A DNA stretch of 64,000 nucleotides, from NCBI GenBank assembly GCA_041649155.1, contig JBAZNP010000001.1:366564-430563 (forward strand), written 5' to 3'. The notes below the pieces were generated by a model. It was not told where the DNA came from. It searched no databases and saw only the letters and a list, made by a program, of their open reading frames with translations. Numbering within the stretch: position 1 is the stretch's first letter; the number at the start of each line of letters is the position of its first letter. A program made the translations under genes and the position numbers. Below, piece after piece: positions 36,225 to 45,540 of this stretch. The DNA is from Patescibacteria group bacterium. GTDB taxonomy: Bacteria; Patescibacteriota; UBA1384; XYA2-FULL-43-10; 1-14-0-10-43-13.

Positions 36225-39200
36225 TTATACACAAATCACGTTGTCTTTGCCAACGAGTTCTTTTAGTTTTCTAAGCACAATCGGACTTATTTCAACCTTA
36301 TTCTTGACGGCGATTTCTTTGTAGGCGCCGTCATCGGCTGGAATTTTGATTGTAACTTTTGATTCTCCTGAATGAGAAGTTAAGATTTCCCTGACTTCCA
36401 TTAGAATTTCACGACTGGCATTTTCCGGCATGGTCACGCATAAATTTTGAGCGATTTTTGGCACACCGTTACTGAAAGTTCTGGAGCCGGAGTTTGCTGT
36501 AGTCCCTCCTGAAGAATATTTATTACCTCCATTTTGTCCGTATTGCCCGAAGTTTCTTCTCTTTTGTTCTTTGGGGACAAATTCCGGCAGGATGGTTTTT
36601 TCGCCTATTTCAAAAACCTCTTCAGCTAAAATTTTTGGTGAGCCGTCTTTAAAACTAACAAATCCTTCAACGGCAATTATTTTGTCGTTAACCCACATTG
36701 CCTCGTTGCCTTCAAGGAGTTTTGGGAAAACCAGTATCTCCACCTTGGCACTCAAGTCTTCGATCTTAGCAAAAATCATCTTTTGATTTTTTCGGGTCAA
36801 TATCTTTTGAATAGTTGTAATTATTCCGGAAACTCGTACATATTGGTTCTCCAGATTGTCTTTAATCTCCAATAGGCTATGGCTTCTGTGAGGCTCAATC
36901 AGATGCCCAACGCCGGAAAGTGGGTGTTCTGAGACATACATACCTAAGAGTTCTCGTTCCCACGATAGTCGTTGTTTCTTGTCGGCTGGCTTAGTCCTTT
37001 CCATTTTAATATCAGCCATTTCGATTGCATCTGCTCCGCCAAAAAGAGAAGTTTGACTGGAGTTGCTATTTTTTTGATAAGCGGAAGCGTAGGCAAGAAT
37101 ATTCTCCATATTGTAAACAATTTCAGCTCTTTCGCCCAAATCGTCGAGAGCGCCCGCCATAGCAAGAGCCTCGAGAGATTTTTTATTAATTACTTTCCCG
37201 TCGAGGCGGGTAATAAAATTTCTTAGGTCAGTGAAAGAACCGTTTTTTCTCTCTTTTACAATAAATTCTGCAACGGCAACGCCCACGTTTTTAATGGCTG
37301 AAAGACCGAAACGTACGTTGTTGCTTTCTTTTACCACGCCGAAATCTTCGAAAGACTCATTAACAGAAGGCGGTAAAACTTTAATGCCCATTCGTTCACA
37401 TTCGGCAATATCAATAGCAAGTTTATCGAGATCATCCTTGTTTGAAGTCATCAAAGCGGCCATGAACTCTGAAGGATAATGTGCTTTTAGGTAGGCGGTC
37501 TGATAAGCAATGTAGGCGTAGCAGGCAGCATGAGATTTATTGAAAGCGTACTGGGCAAAATCCTGCATTGCTACATAAAGATCTTCGGCAATTGATCTGT
37601 CAACGTCGTTTTTGACGCAGCCTTCAATAAACTCTTTACCCATTTTCTCCATCAGCTCTTTGATTTTTTTACCAATGGCTTTTCTTAAGGAATCGGCCTG
37701 ACCTCCGGTAAAGCCGGCCATATCCTTTGACATCTGCATTACTTGTTCCTGATAAACAATAATGCCGTAAGTGTTCTCAAGAGCCGCTTTTGCCTTGGGA
37801 TGAGCGTAGGTTACCTGTTTTCTGCCATGCTTTCGGTCAATAAACTCCTGAATCCATTGCATTGGGCCGGGACGATAGAGGGCGACCATGGCGATAATGT
37901 CCTCAAAAACAGATGGTCGCAGCTCTTTTAAGTATCGTTTCATGCCGTCCGATTCCAGCTGGAAGACACCAGTTGTTTCAGCTCGTGATAACAATTTATA
38001 CGTGTCTTTATCCTTGAAATCGATCTTATCGATATCAAAATCTGGTACCTTAGTTTTCTTAATAATTCGGACCGCGTTTTGAATGATGGTTAAGTTCGAC
38101 AAGCCCAAAAAGTCAAATTTCAGGAGGCCAAGGTGCTCAATCGGGGTCATTGAATATTGGGTAACAGTTGAAATGTCTCCCTTCGTCGCTTCCTGAAGTG
38201 GACAATATTCTGTCAGGGCATCTTTTGAGATTACAACGCCTGCAGCGTGCATGGAAGCATGACGAACAACGCCTTCAAGCTTGGTTGCGATATCGATACA
38301 TTCTTTGACCTGAGCATTGCTGTTATATATTTCCTTGAGCTCAGAAACAGTCTCAAGTGATTTTCCAAGCATCTCTCCCTGAGGGATTAGCTTGGCAATC
38401 ATGTCGACTTCGCCATAGCTCATGCCAAGAACTCTGCCTACGTCACGAACTGCCATTCGGGCAGCCATTGTTCCGAAGGTGATAATCTGGCCAACGTGAT
38501 CACGGCCGTAGTGTTTCGATACATATTCAATCACCTCATGTCGTCTTGAATCGGCAAAATCGGTATCAAAATCGGGCATGGAGATACGATCGGGGTTTAA
38601 AAATCGCTCAAACAGAAGATTGTAAGCAAGGGGATTGAGATTGGTGATATTAAAAGCGTAAGCAATGATTGACCCTGCCCCTGAGCCTCTTCCTGGCCCA
38701 ACTGATATTTTCTGATCCTTTGACCATTGAATAAAATCAGCCACGATCAAAAAGTAGCCCTGATAGCCCATCTTGGTAATGACGCTCAGCTCATATTTGT
38801 ACCTGTCCCAGACGCTCTCTTCTATTCTCAATTCCTCAAATGTCGGCTCTCTGTCTTTGGGTAAATCTTCCTTTTTGATTGGTTCTGAGCCATATCGCCA
38901 GTTGAGGCCCAAATAAGCTTTTTCCTTGAAAAAGCTATCCAAAGTATAGCCTTCCGGTACGGGAAAGTCCGGAATAATAATGCCGCCGAGATCAAGCTTT
39001 AAGTTGCATTTTTCGGCTATTTCGAGAGTGTTGGTAATGGCTTCGGGGTGATCGGAGAAATTTTTGGCCATTTCTTCTGTTGAAAGCATTGATAAATCGA
39101 AATCCATCAGAGTTAGCCGGTTAGTTTCGCTCATTTGGCGAGACGTCTGCAGACAAATTAAAGCATCTTGGGCAATGTTATCATCGGAATTAACGTAGTG

Positions 39201-39827
39201 AATGTCATTTGTTGCTACAACTTTTAGATCAAATTCTTTCGCTAGCTGATATATTAAGTCGTTGGCTAGTTTTTGGTCGTCGGTTTTTTTATGGTATTGA
39301 ACTTCCAAATACAAATCTTCTTTAGGAAAAATAGTCAAATATTCCTTAACTGCTTCACGCCCTTTTTCAATGCTCTCAAGAGCCTTTCTGGCAATTTCTC
39401 CCTGTATACAGGCAGAAGAGGCAATCAAGCCTTTGGAATATTTTTTTAAAACGTCCTTATCAATTCGTGGCTTGTAGTAAAATCCCTCGAGGTGGGCGAT
39501 TGTTGTCAATTTGATCAGGTTTTTATAACCCTCTTCGTTTTTGGCCAGAAGAATTAAGTGATAAGGATGCGCGTCAGTTCTGGGCACCTTGTCTTTCAAT
39601 GTTCGCGGGGCAACATAAACTTCGCAGCCGATAATCGGCTTTATCCCTTCTTTCTCGCATATTTCATAGAACTCAACAGCTCCATGCATAACCCCGTGGT
39701 CGGTTAAAGCTAGAGCAGGTTGGTTATTCGCTTTGGCTTTTTTTATCAAATCAGGAAGTTTACCCATGCCGTCCAGCATGGAATAGTGGGAGTGAGTATG
39801 CAAATGTACAAACTGAAGTTTGTCCAT
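36225..39827 (-). CDS. dnaE: DNA polymerase III alpha subunit
   Basis: 1200 aa; N-terminal PHP domain HLHTHSHYSMLDG; polymerase core. Confidence 0.9.
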   Translation of the reverse strand: MDKLQFVHLHTHSHYSMLDGMGKLPDLIKKAKANNQPALALTDHGVMHGAVEFYEICEKEGIKPIIGCEVYVAPRTLKDKVPRTDAHPYHLILLAKNEEGYKNLIKLTTIAHLEGFYYKPRIDKDVLKKYSKGLIASSACIQGEIARKALESIEKGREAVKEYLTIFPKEDLYLEVQYHKKTDDQKLANDLIYQLAKEFDLKVVATNDIHYVNSDDNIAQDALICLQTSRQMSETNRLTLMDFDLSMLSTEEMAKNFSDHPEAITNTLEIAEKCNLKLDLGGIIIPDFPVPEGYTLDSFFKEKAYLGLNWRYGSEPIKKEDLPKDREPTFEELRIEESVWDRYKYELSVITKMGYQGYFLIVADFIQWSKDQKISVGPGRGSGAGSIIAYAFNITNLNPLAYNLLFERFLNPDRISMPDFDTDFADSRRHEVIEYVSKHYGRDHVGQIITFGTMAARMAVRDVGRVLGMSYGEVDMIAKLIPQGEMLGKSLETVSELKEIYNSNAQVKECIDIATKLEGVVRHASMHAAGVVISKDALTEYCPLQEATKGDISTVTQYSMTPIEHLGLLKFDFLGLSNLTIIQNAVRIIKKTKVPDFDIDKIDFKDKDTYKLLSRAETTGVFQLESDGMKRYLKELRPSVFEDIIAMVALYRPGPMQWIQEFIDRKHGRKQVTYAHPKAKAALENTYGIIVYQEQVMQMSKDMAGFTGGQADSLRKAIGKKIKELMEKMGKEFIEGCVKNDVDRSIAEDLYVAMQDFAQYAFNKSHAACYAYIAYQTAYLKAHYPSEFMAALMTSNKDDLDKLAIDIAECERMGIKVLPPSVNESFEDFGVVKESNNVRFGLSAIKNVGVAVAEFIVKERKNGSFTDLRNFITRLDGKVINKKSLEALAMAGALDDLGERAEIVYNMENILAYASAYQKNSNSSQTSLFGGADAIEMADIKMERTKPADKKQRLSWERELLGMYVSEHPLSGVGHLIEPHRSHSLLEIKDNLENQYVRVSGIITTIQKILTRKNQKMIFAKIEDLSAKVEILVFPKLLEGNEAMWVNDKIIAVEGFVSFKDGSPKILAEEVFEIGEKTILPEFVPKEQKRRNFGQYGQNGGNKYSSGGTTANSGSRTFSNGVPKIAQNLCVTMPENASREILMEVREILTSHSGESKVTIKIPADDGAYKEIAVKNKVEISPIVLRKLKELVGKDNVICV

Positions 39828-39899
39828 AATTTCTAATAATTTAAAATTAAGAATTGTTTGGCGTGCTTTTTATGTGTTTTTGTGTTATAGTAGGAACTT

Positions 39900-41222
39900 A
39901 TGACTCAAGAAACTAAAAATAATTTCGTATTTATACTTGGTAGAGAACAAGAAATTGCTTTGGCGGAGCTCAAAGCAGTTTTGGGTAGGTTTGGTTTTTA
40001 TTTTGATATTTATAAGATAACTGGAAACCAAGTCTTTGCCAATATTGACAATTTTACAGTAAGTGATGCGGTCAAAGTAATGGATGCTCTGGCCGGTACT
40101 ATTAAAATATATAAATTAGAAGGCCTCATAGAAAAAGATATTGCTGCACAAATTGTCTCGTTATTTCGTCTTCATAAAGTGAACGGCGAAGGTAAAATAA
40201 ACTTTGCAATTTCTTATTTTGGCAGGGGATTTTCAAGGCAGAACATCAATTCTATCGCTTTAACTGCTAAAAAGCAGCTCAAAAGTGATTTTAGTCTAAG
40301 GTACGTCGAATCCAGAGATTCTGCTGAGCTCAGTTCGATTCTATCGTTGAAAAATAATCTTGCGACTAAGGGTATCGAATTCGGGCTTTTTGATAATGAA
40401 ATTGGGATTTTAGTAGCGCTCAATAATCCGGAAGAGTGGTCAAAAAGAGATTACGACAAACCGGCATCTGACAAATTTTCCGGAATGCTACCGCCAAAAC
40501 TTGCTCGCATGATGATCAACCTTGCATTGGGTGAATGCAAGGAAATTACAAATGGATTAGAAATTAGAAATTTGAAATTAGAAATTCCACAGCACGAAGT
40601 GCTTGTCGCTGATCCTTTTTGTGGTTCTGGCAATGTTTTGATGGAAGCAATGATGTTGGGGCATGATGCGATTGGTAGTGATATATCGGAGAAAGCAGTT
40701 GAAGACACAAAAGCCAATATTGAATGGCTAAAAAATCAGAATACAGATAACAGAATACAGATAACAGTTTTTCAAGCGGATGCCACTAGTGAAGAATATA
40801 TTAAAAAACTGACAACTAGTCACAAAAACCTAGTTTTTGTGACTGAGCCTTACTTGGGCGAGCCTAAGAAGTATAAGCCAACGTACAATGCAGCAGCAGG
40901 CGAATATTCAAAAATCAAAGAGCTCTATCTCAAGTTCCTTGAGAATATTGCTGTATTGTCAAATTGCTATATTACTAATAGTTCAAAATCAGAACCTGGC
41001 TTGCCAAACAATAAAACAATAAAACAATATAACAATTGCATCTTGTGTCTTGTTTTTCCTCTCGTTGAAACGATTGAGGGCAGGAGATTTAGCCTTTTTA
41101 AGGCGAGTGTTGACGAAATCAGAGAATTAGGCTATACTCAATCTTGTCCAACTATGGTTTATGGGCGCGATTATCAAGTTGTCAAAAGAGAAATAGCCTT
41201 GCTCAAATTCGAGCAAATTTAA
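39900..41222 (+). CDS. SAM-dependent methyltransferase, UPF0020/THUMP-associated family (RlmKL/Trm11-like) candidate
   Basis: Motif I LVADPFCGSGNVLMEA. Contains an in-frame copy of the ACAGATAACAG motif at 40741-40768. Confidence 0.5.
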   Translation: MTQETKNNFVFILGREQEIALAELKAVLGRFGFYFDIYKITGNQVFANIDNFTVSDAVKVMDALAGTIKIYKLEGLIEKDIAAQIVSLFRLHKVNGEGKINFAISYFGRGFSRQNINSIALTAKKQLKSDFSLRYVESRDSAELSSILSLKNNLATKGIEFGLFDNEIGILVALNNPEEWSKRDYDKPASDKFSGMLPPKLARMMINLALGECKEITNGLEIRNLKLEIPQHEVLVADPFCGSGNVLMEAMMLGHDAIGSDISEKAVEDTKANIEWLKNQNTDNRIQITVFQADATSEEYIKKLTTSHKNLVFVTEPYLGEPKKYKPTYNAAAGEYSKIKELYLKFLENIAVLSNCYITNSSKSEPGLPNNKTIKQYNNCILCLVFPLVETIEGRRFSLFKASVDEIRELGYTQSCPTMVYGRDYQVVKREIALLKFEQI

Positions 41223-41241
41223 AATTCTTACGGAGTAAGTC

Positions 41242-41538
41242 ATGGCACATAAAAAAGCTGCCGGTAGTACAAGATTGGGTAGAGATTCAAGAGCACAGCG
41301 CTTAGGCGTGAAGATTTTTGGTGACCAATTAGTTACAGCAGGCGGAATCATCATAAGACAGCGCGGAACTAAATATCATCCAGGCAAGAACGTTGGAATC
41401 GGTAAAGACGACACTTTATTTGCTTTGATTTCCGGTCTTGTTAAGTTTCAACACAAAAAAGTAACTGCATTCACAGGGAATAAAGACAAAAGAGTTTTTG
41501 TTGATGTTGAGCCAGTAGCAGAAAAGCAGGAGAAATAA
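41242..41538 (+). CDS. rpmA: 50S ribosomal protein L27 (with C-terminal extension)
   Basis: [16 protein letters not shown]...[19 protein letters not shown]. Confidence 0.9.
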   Translation: MAHKKAAGSTRLGRDSRAQRLGVKIFGDQLVTAGGIIIRQRGTKYHPGKNVGIGKDDTLFALISGLVKFQHKKVTAFTGNKDKRVFVDVEPVAEKQEK

Positions 41539-42035
41539 TGGAAAAAATTCTTGAAAAATATGCTAAAAAAAATATTCCTGAACTAAAATCCGGAGATACT
41601 GTTCGTGTTCACCTTAAGGTTAAAGAAGGCAGCAAAGAAAGAGTACAGATTTTCGAAGGCCTAGTTATTGCAACTAAGCATGGAACAGGTCTTGATGGAA
41701 CTTTCACCGCTAGAAAAGAATCTTTTGGTGTTGGCGTTGAGAGAACTTTCCCAATTCACAGCCCCCGAGTTGTTAAGATTGAAAGAGTAAAACAATCAAA
41801 AGTTAGAAGAAGCAAACTATATTATATGAGAGAGCTTTCAGGCAAAAACGCTCGTCTTAAAGAGCTTAATCGAGATCACAAAGTTTGGGAAGAAGGCGCA
41901 GCCGAAGAAGAGCTAAAGAAAATCGCTGAAGAAAAAGCAAAAGAAGCAGCAGCAATTGAAGCAAAGAGAAAAGCAGAAGAGGAAGAACTAGAGCGAAAAG
42001 CCAAAGCTTTGGCAGGCGACAGAATAAAAAAGTAA
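41538..42035 (+). CDS. rplS: 50S ribosomal protein L19 with K/E/A-rich C-terminal tail
   Basis: ...GDTVRVHLKVKEGSKERVQIFEGLVIATKHGTG...; 165 aa versus the usual about 115. Confidence 0.85.
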   Translation: MEKILEKYAKKNIPELKSGDTVRVHLKVKEGSKERVQIFEGLVIATKHGTGLDGTFTARKESFGVGVERTFPIHSPRVVKIERVKQSKVRRSKLYYMRELSGKNARLKELNRDHKVWEEGAAEEELKKIAEEKAKEAAAIEAKRKAEEEELERKAKALAGDRIKK

Positions 42036-42043
42036 TATAAGTT

Positions 42044-42072
42044 GTCATTCCCGTGAAGACGGGAATCCAAGA
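42044..42072. repeat. Family H hairpin repeat (gtcattcccgtgaagacgggaatcc)
   Basis: Sequence. Confidence 0.6.
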
Positions 42073-42107
42073 TAGTCAATATTCAGAATACAGATAGCAG
42101 CTAAAAA

Positions 42108-42135
42108 AATGCCCCAATAAACAGGGCATTTTTTG
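42108..42135 (+). terminator. Rho-independent terminator after rplS (aatgccc-caataaaca-gggcatt + T5)
   Basis: Hairpin plus T-run. Confidence 0.5.
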
Positions 42136-42202
42136 TAATAGATAATTTTGCTTTTGAATCCCTTTTGTACCCCATTTGACACCCTTTTGTTATAATGAAG
42201 CC

Positions 42203-42721
42203 ATGTTATCCCATCAAAATCCCCTTGGCTATCGATATCTCCGCACTTGGCAGCAAGCCAATGAAATTTTTGAATTGACAGAGAAATTTATTACAACTTT
42301 GCCGCTTCGCCATCCTGAAACAGGCCAATATTTAACAGATTTGAAAGACCAGATGATTCGATCGGCCAGAAGCGTAGTCCGCAACATCGAAGAGGGCTAT
42401 GTTCGAACATCGACCAAGGAGTATATTTCATTTCTGGGCTTTTCAGCCGGATCTTTAGAGGAGTTAATCGGCGATTTTAAATATTGCCAAAAGGGAAACA
42501 TAGGGGATCCAAAAGGATGCGCAAAAGGGATACAAATGGGGGTGGGCGAAGCTAAAATGCTTGACCGGCAAATTAAAAGTCTGGAGGAGAAAACATTTAA
42601 TGAAAAGACCGCTTCCCAAAGTGACATGATCAAAAAATCATGGTCTGGACAGAAGAAAATTGAGGACGATTTCGATAAGAAGCTTCAAGATATTATAGAC
42701 GGCAAGAGAAAGAGCTTATGA
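42203..42721 (+). CDS. Four-helix-bundle protein (TIGR02436-type). Start re-called at M10. TATAAT at 42190-42195 suggests a leaderless transcript
   Basis: YRYLRTWQQANE...SARSVVRNIEEGYVRTSTKEYISFLGFSAGSLEEL. Confidence 0.6.
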   Translation: MLSHQNPLGYRYLRTWQQANEIFELTEKFITTLPLRHPETGQYLTDLKDQMIRSARSVVRNIEEGYVRTSTKEYISFLGFSAGSLEELIGDFKYCQKGNIGDPKGCAKGIQMGVGEAKMLDRQIKSLEEKTFNEKTASQSDMIKKSWSGQKKIEDDFDKKLQDIIDGKRKSL

Positions 42722-43080
42722 TTTTTGATAAGACGAAAAACAAATCGACCGGCAATATGGGGGAGGATTTGGCGGCGGAATATTTGATAAAAAATAAATA
42801 TAAAATTCTTGGTCGTAATATTAATATTAAAGTCGGCGAGATCGACATATTGGCCGACGATCGAGGTACAATTGTGATTGTGGAGGTGAAAACAGTACGA
42901 GGGAGTGGTTTCGGCCTTGCTCAAGAATTGGTTCGTTTTAAAAAGCAAAACAAGCTCAAATTGCTGGCACGAGCATTGACTCAGAAGTATCCCAATAAGA
43001 CTATTCGGATCGATGTGATAGGCGTCGATTATTCGTGTGGCGAACCCAAAATCGAGCACATTATAAATGCAGTTTACTAA
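42718..43080 (+). CDS. yraN: YraN family (UPF0102) endonuclease
   Basis: GEDLAAEYL...ILGRNI...GEIDILADD...IVIVEVKT. Confidence 0.8.
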   Translation: MIFDKTKNKSTGNMGEDLAAEYLIKNKYKILGRNINIKVGEIDILADDRGTIVIVEVKTVRGSGFGLAQELVRFKKQNKLKLLARALTQKYPNKTIRIDVIGVDYSCGEPKIEHIINAVY

Positions 43081-43134
43081 TATTTTTAATGCGGTAAACC
43101 CACGATCGTCCATTTTTAGATTAACTTTTTAATA

Positions 43135-43178
43135 AAAAAATCCCCCGCCGGTTAAGGCGAGGGCGGTGGGCTCAGTTA
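43135..43178 (-). terminator. GC-rich hairpin with T-run on the minus strand; probable terminator of the GC-rich gene pair and possibly bidirectional
   Basis: ccgcc/ggcgg stem followed by tttttttatt on the minus strand. Confidence 0.35.
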
Positions 43179-43208
43179 TATGTTAGAGAGATACTGTGAA
43201 TGACAAGC

Positions 43209-43637
43209 TTAGCAACTGGGGCGGCGGTGAGCTATGGCCCATTTGGCTTGCTTTCTCACTTCTTCAACGCTGGTCTCTTCGGACCATGGAGTATCGGTAT
43301 AGAGTTCCCAGACATCGTTGTAATCATCGAGAGGCCTCTCGATGCCTAAGGTAACTGCCGTTCCGCTCAATCCAGGTCTAATGTAGAGCAGCTTCCAGGT
43401 ATACCCACGAAAGTGGATCACGGTGGTATCGAATTTTACTCTTGAGATTGCTGTCTCTGAAGGTATGACCTCTGCAATTTCATTCTCATTTGCGGGTTGA
43501 TGATAGTAGCTGCGTTTGGAGCGGTTCTCTGGTTTGTCTGTGTGGGTTTCAGTTAAGCATAGAACGATGTAGCTCCTGATTTGTCCCCATGTAGTGATTG
43601 CTATTAGCTCCTTTTCCGTGCTCTGTTTGTTGTCCAT
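43209..43637 (-). CDS. Hypothetical protein in a GC-rich island
   Basis: 142-aa ORF; about 50-55% GC versus about 33-35% background. Confidence 0.45.
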   Translation of the reverse strand: MDNKQSTEKELIAITTWGQIRSYIVLCLTETHTDKPENRSKRSYYHQPANENEIAEVIPSETAISRVKFDTTVIHFRGYTWKLLYIRPGLSGTAVTLGIERPLDDYNDVWELYTDTPWSEETSVEEVRKQAKWAIAHRRPSC

Positions 43638-43640
43638 TTG

Positions 43641-44069
43641 CTAGCCAGCCTCCTTTTTGTTTGAATTTGGGTTCGGTGATAGCAGAATAAATCTCTCTTC
43701 GACGTAAATGACATCTTTGTATCGGTAGTCAGAAAAAGGCATTTTGGGTAAGATACCTTTTTTACCTTTGTTCTGAAGGCTGACCAGCCATTTGTCGATA
43801 GTTGATTCGTCGCCAAGAGCATAATCAGCCAAAGCTTCTCGCATTTCTTTTTTTTCGCTCTCGTCCAGAGAAATCGTAGGTAGGCATTTAACAACTTCTT
43901 TTAATGCCCAATAGGTTGTTTCTTGACCACAGTCCTTGAAGCTCATTTTGTCCTCCACTTTTGCTTTTTCGATTTTTTTCGCCTTTTGTACTATCGGAAT
44001 GATAATGCCGAAAACAACCGCCATTAAAATTAAGAGACTTGCGCCAAACTCCAAAGGCTTGTTTTCCAT
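43641..44069 (-). CDS. Hypothetical N-terminally membrane-anchored protein in a GC-rich island
   Basis: 142-aa ORF, single N-terminal TM, 4-nt overlap arrangement with the downstream gene. Confidence 0.45.
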   Translation of the reverse strand: MENKPLEFGASLLILMAVVFGIIIPIVQKAKKIEKAKVEDKMSFKDCGQETTYWALKEVVKCLPTISLDESEKKEMREALADYALGDESTIDKWLVSLQNKGKKGILPKMPFSDYRYKDVIYVEERFILLSPNPNSNKKEAG

Positions 44070-44274
44070 TTATTTTCTCCTTGTGTAGGTGCTTGAAAGT
44101 CGAGAAGATTGCCACGCTGTGCTCGCAATGACATTAATCAGCTTGTCGAGCGATACTTTAGCATTAATCCAAATATTTGTCAATAATATAAATACAACAA
44201 TAATAAAAAATTAATCTTAAATTATGATAATATTGACATATTGTAGTTAAAATTGATACAACATAATTAACCAA

Positions 44275-45030
44275 ATGAAAGAAGAACAAATATTAAAATA
44301 TCTGGCTAATTTCGGACTCCGCCCGCTCGAGGCAGCGGTTTATTTGACGATTTTGAAATTAGGCCAATCAACTGTAGGGAAGATTAGTCAAGAGTCGAGC
44401 ATTCAGAGGACTTTTGTCTACGACCTTTTGCATGAGTTGCAAGAAAAAGGCTTGGTTTCATGCGCAGAAGTAAGAGGAGTAAAGAACTTCAGTGCGATAT
44501 CCTTTGCCAGCTTTAAAAGGTTGCAGGAAAACAAAGTAAAAAGATTTGAATCGATCTTGCCAGAGTTACTTTTATTCGAAAAAAGTGTAGGCGATCGGCC
44601 AAAAATCACAATGTATGAAGGCAGGGATGGTTTGGCTGCTGCCCAATATGATACCTTGCAGTTTCCTAATTCTGAAATTTCAGCTTACGCGGCCGCTGAG
44701 GGTCTATATTATGACGAACCAGGTTTTGCGAAAAATTATATCAAAGAAAGAGTGAAAAATAATATTCGGGTGAGGGCGATTTGTCCGGATTCGGAGCTGC
44801 TTCGGCCGTACGTTGAACGCAATAAAGCTGAGCTGAGAATTTCGAGGACTGTGCCGGCTGGTCAATTCCCTTTTACGAATGAAATTGATATCTATGGCAA
44901 TAAAGTGGCAATCTTATCTTATACGGGAGAGCTTTTAGCGGTCATTATCGAATCAGAAAGTGTTGCCAGAACTCAAAGGATGATTTTTGAGTTGGCATGG
45001 TTGGGAGCGGGGAAATTTAACAAGAGCTAA
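44275..45030 (+). CDS. TrmB-family HTH transcriptional regulator
   Basis: N-terminal wHTH ...LEAAVYLTILKLGQSTVGKISQESSIQRTFVYDLLHELQEKGLV. Confidence 0.6.
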   Translation: MKEEQILKYLANFGLRPLEAAVYLTILKLGQSTVGKISQESSIQRTFVYDLLHELQEKGLVSCAEVRGVKNFSAISFASFKRLQENKVKRFESILPELLLFEKSVGDRPKITMYEGRDGLAAAQYDTLQFPNSEISAYAAAEGLYYDEPGFAKNYIKERVKNNIRVRAICPDSELLRPYVERNKAELRISRTVPAGQFPFTNEIDIYGNKVAILSYTGELLAVIIESESVARTQRMIFELAWLGAGKFNKS

Positions 45031-45161
45031 TTGGCTATTGCAAAGTCTTGATATAATTGGGATAAAGTTATATAATCGTTTGGCTTAATAATAGCCCCAG
45101 TTAGATGGCCCTGATGGGGCATCAAACGGGGCAAGGAGGATGGATGGAAAAGGAGAAAAAA

Positions 45162-45488
45162 ATGAGAAAAGTTGCAACCGGTTTTATTGAATTTATAAGA
45201 AAACAAGGGGTTGTCGGGTTGGCTGTTGGTTTTGTCTTGGGCGGATCAGTTTCCAAACTGGTAACAGCTCTTGTTAACGATATTATTAATCCTCTGATCG
45301 GGATTTTGTTAGGTAGAGCAAAAGATTTAGCTAGTTATTCAATCAAGATTGGTGGAACTGAATTAATGTGGGGAGATTTTGCCAGTCAATTAATTGACTT
45401 CATCACTATTGCACTGGTTGTTTACGGTGCTTTTAAAATTTTACAGCTGGATAAGCTAGATTTGAAGGAAGAAAAGGCTAAGAAGTAA
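45162..45488 (+). CDS. mscL: Large-conductance mechanosensitive channel. Start re-called at M20 (SD AAGGAG at 6 nt)
   Basis: MRKVATGFIEFIRKQGVVGLAVGFVLGGSVSKLV. Confidence 0.8.
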   Translation: MRKVATGFIEFIRKQGVVGLAVGFVLGGSVSKLVTALVNDIINPLIGILLGRAKDLASYSIKIGGTELMWGDFASQLIDFITIALVVYGAFKILQLDKLDLKEEKAKK

Positions 45489-45540
45489 AATTTCAATATA
45501 CGAACTTTCTTTTTTTCGTGTTTTGCGATAGATTAAAGGT

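Noticed and set aside
43604-43894. ORF 43604-43894 (minus strand)
   Set aside because: It is an alternative frame overlapping the two tandem GC-island ORFs. The 43209-43637 / 43641-44069 pair, with a 4-nt junction, is more parsimonious
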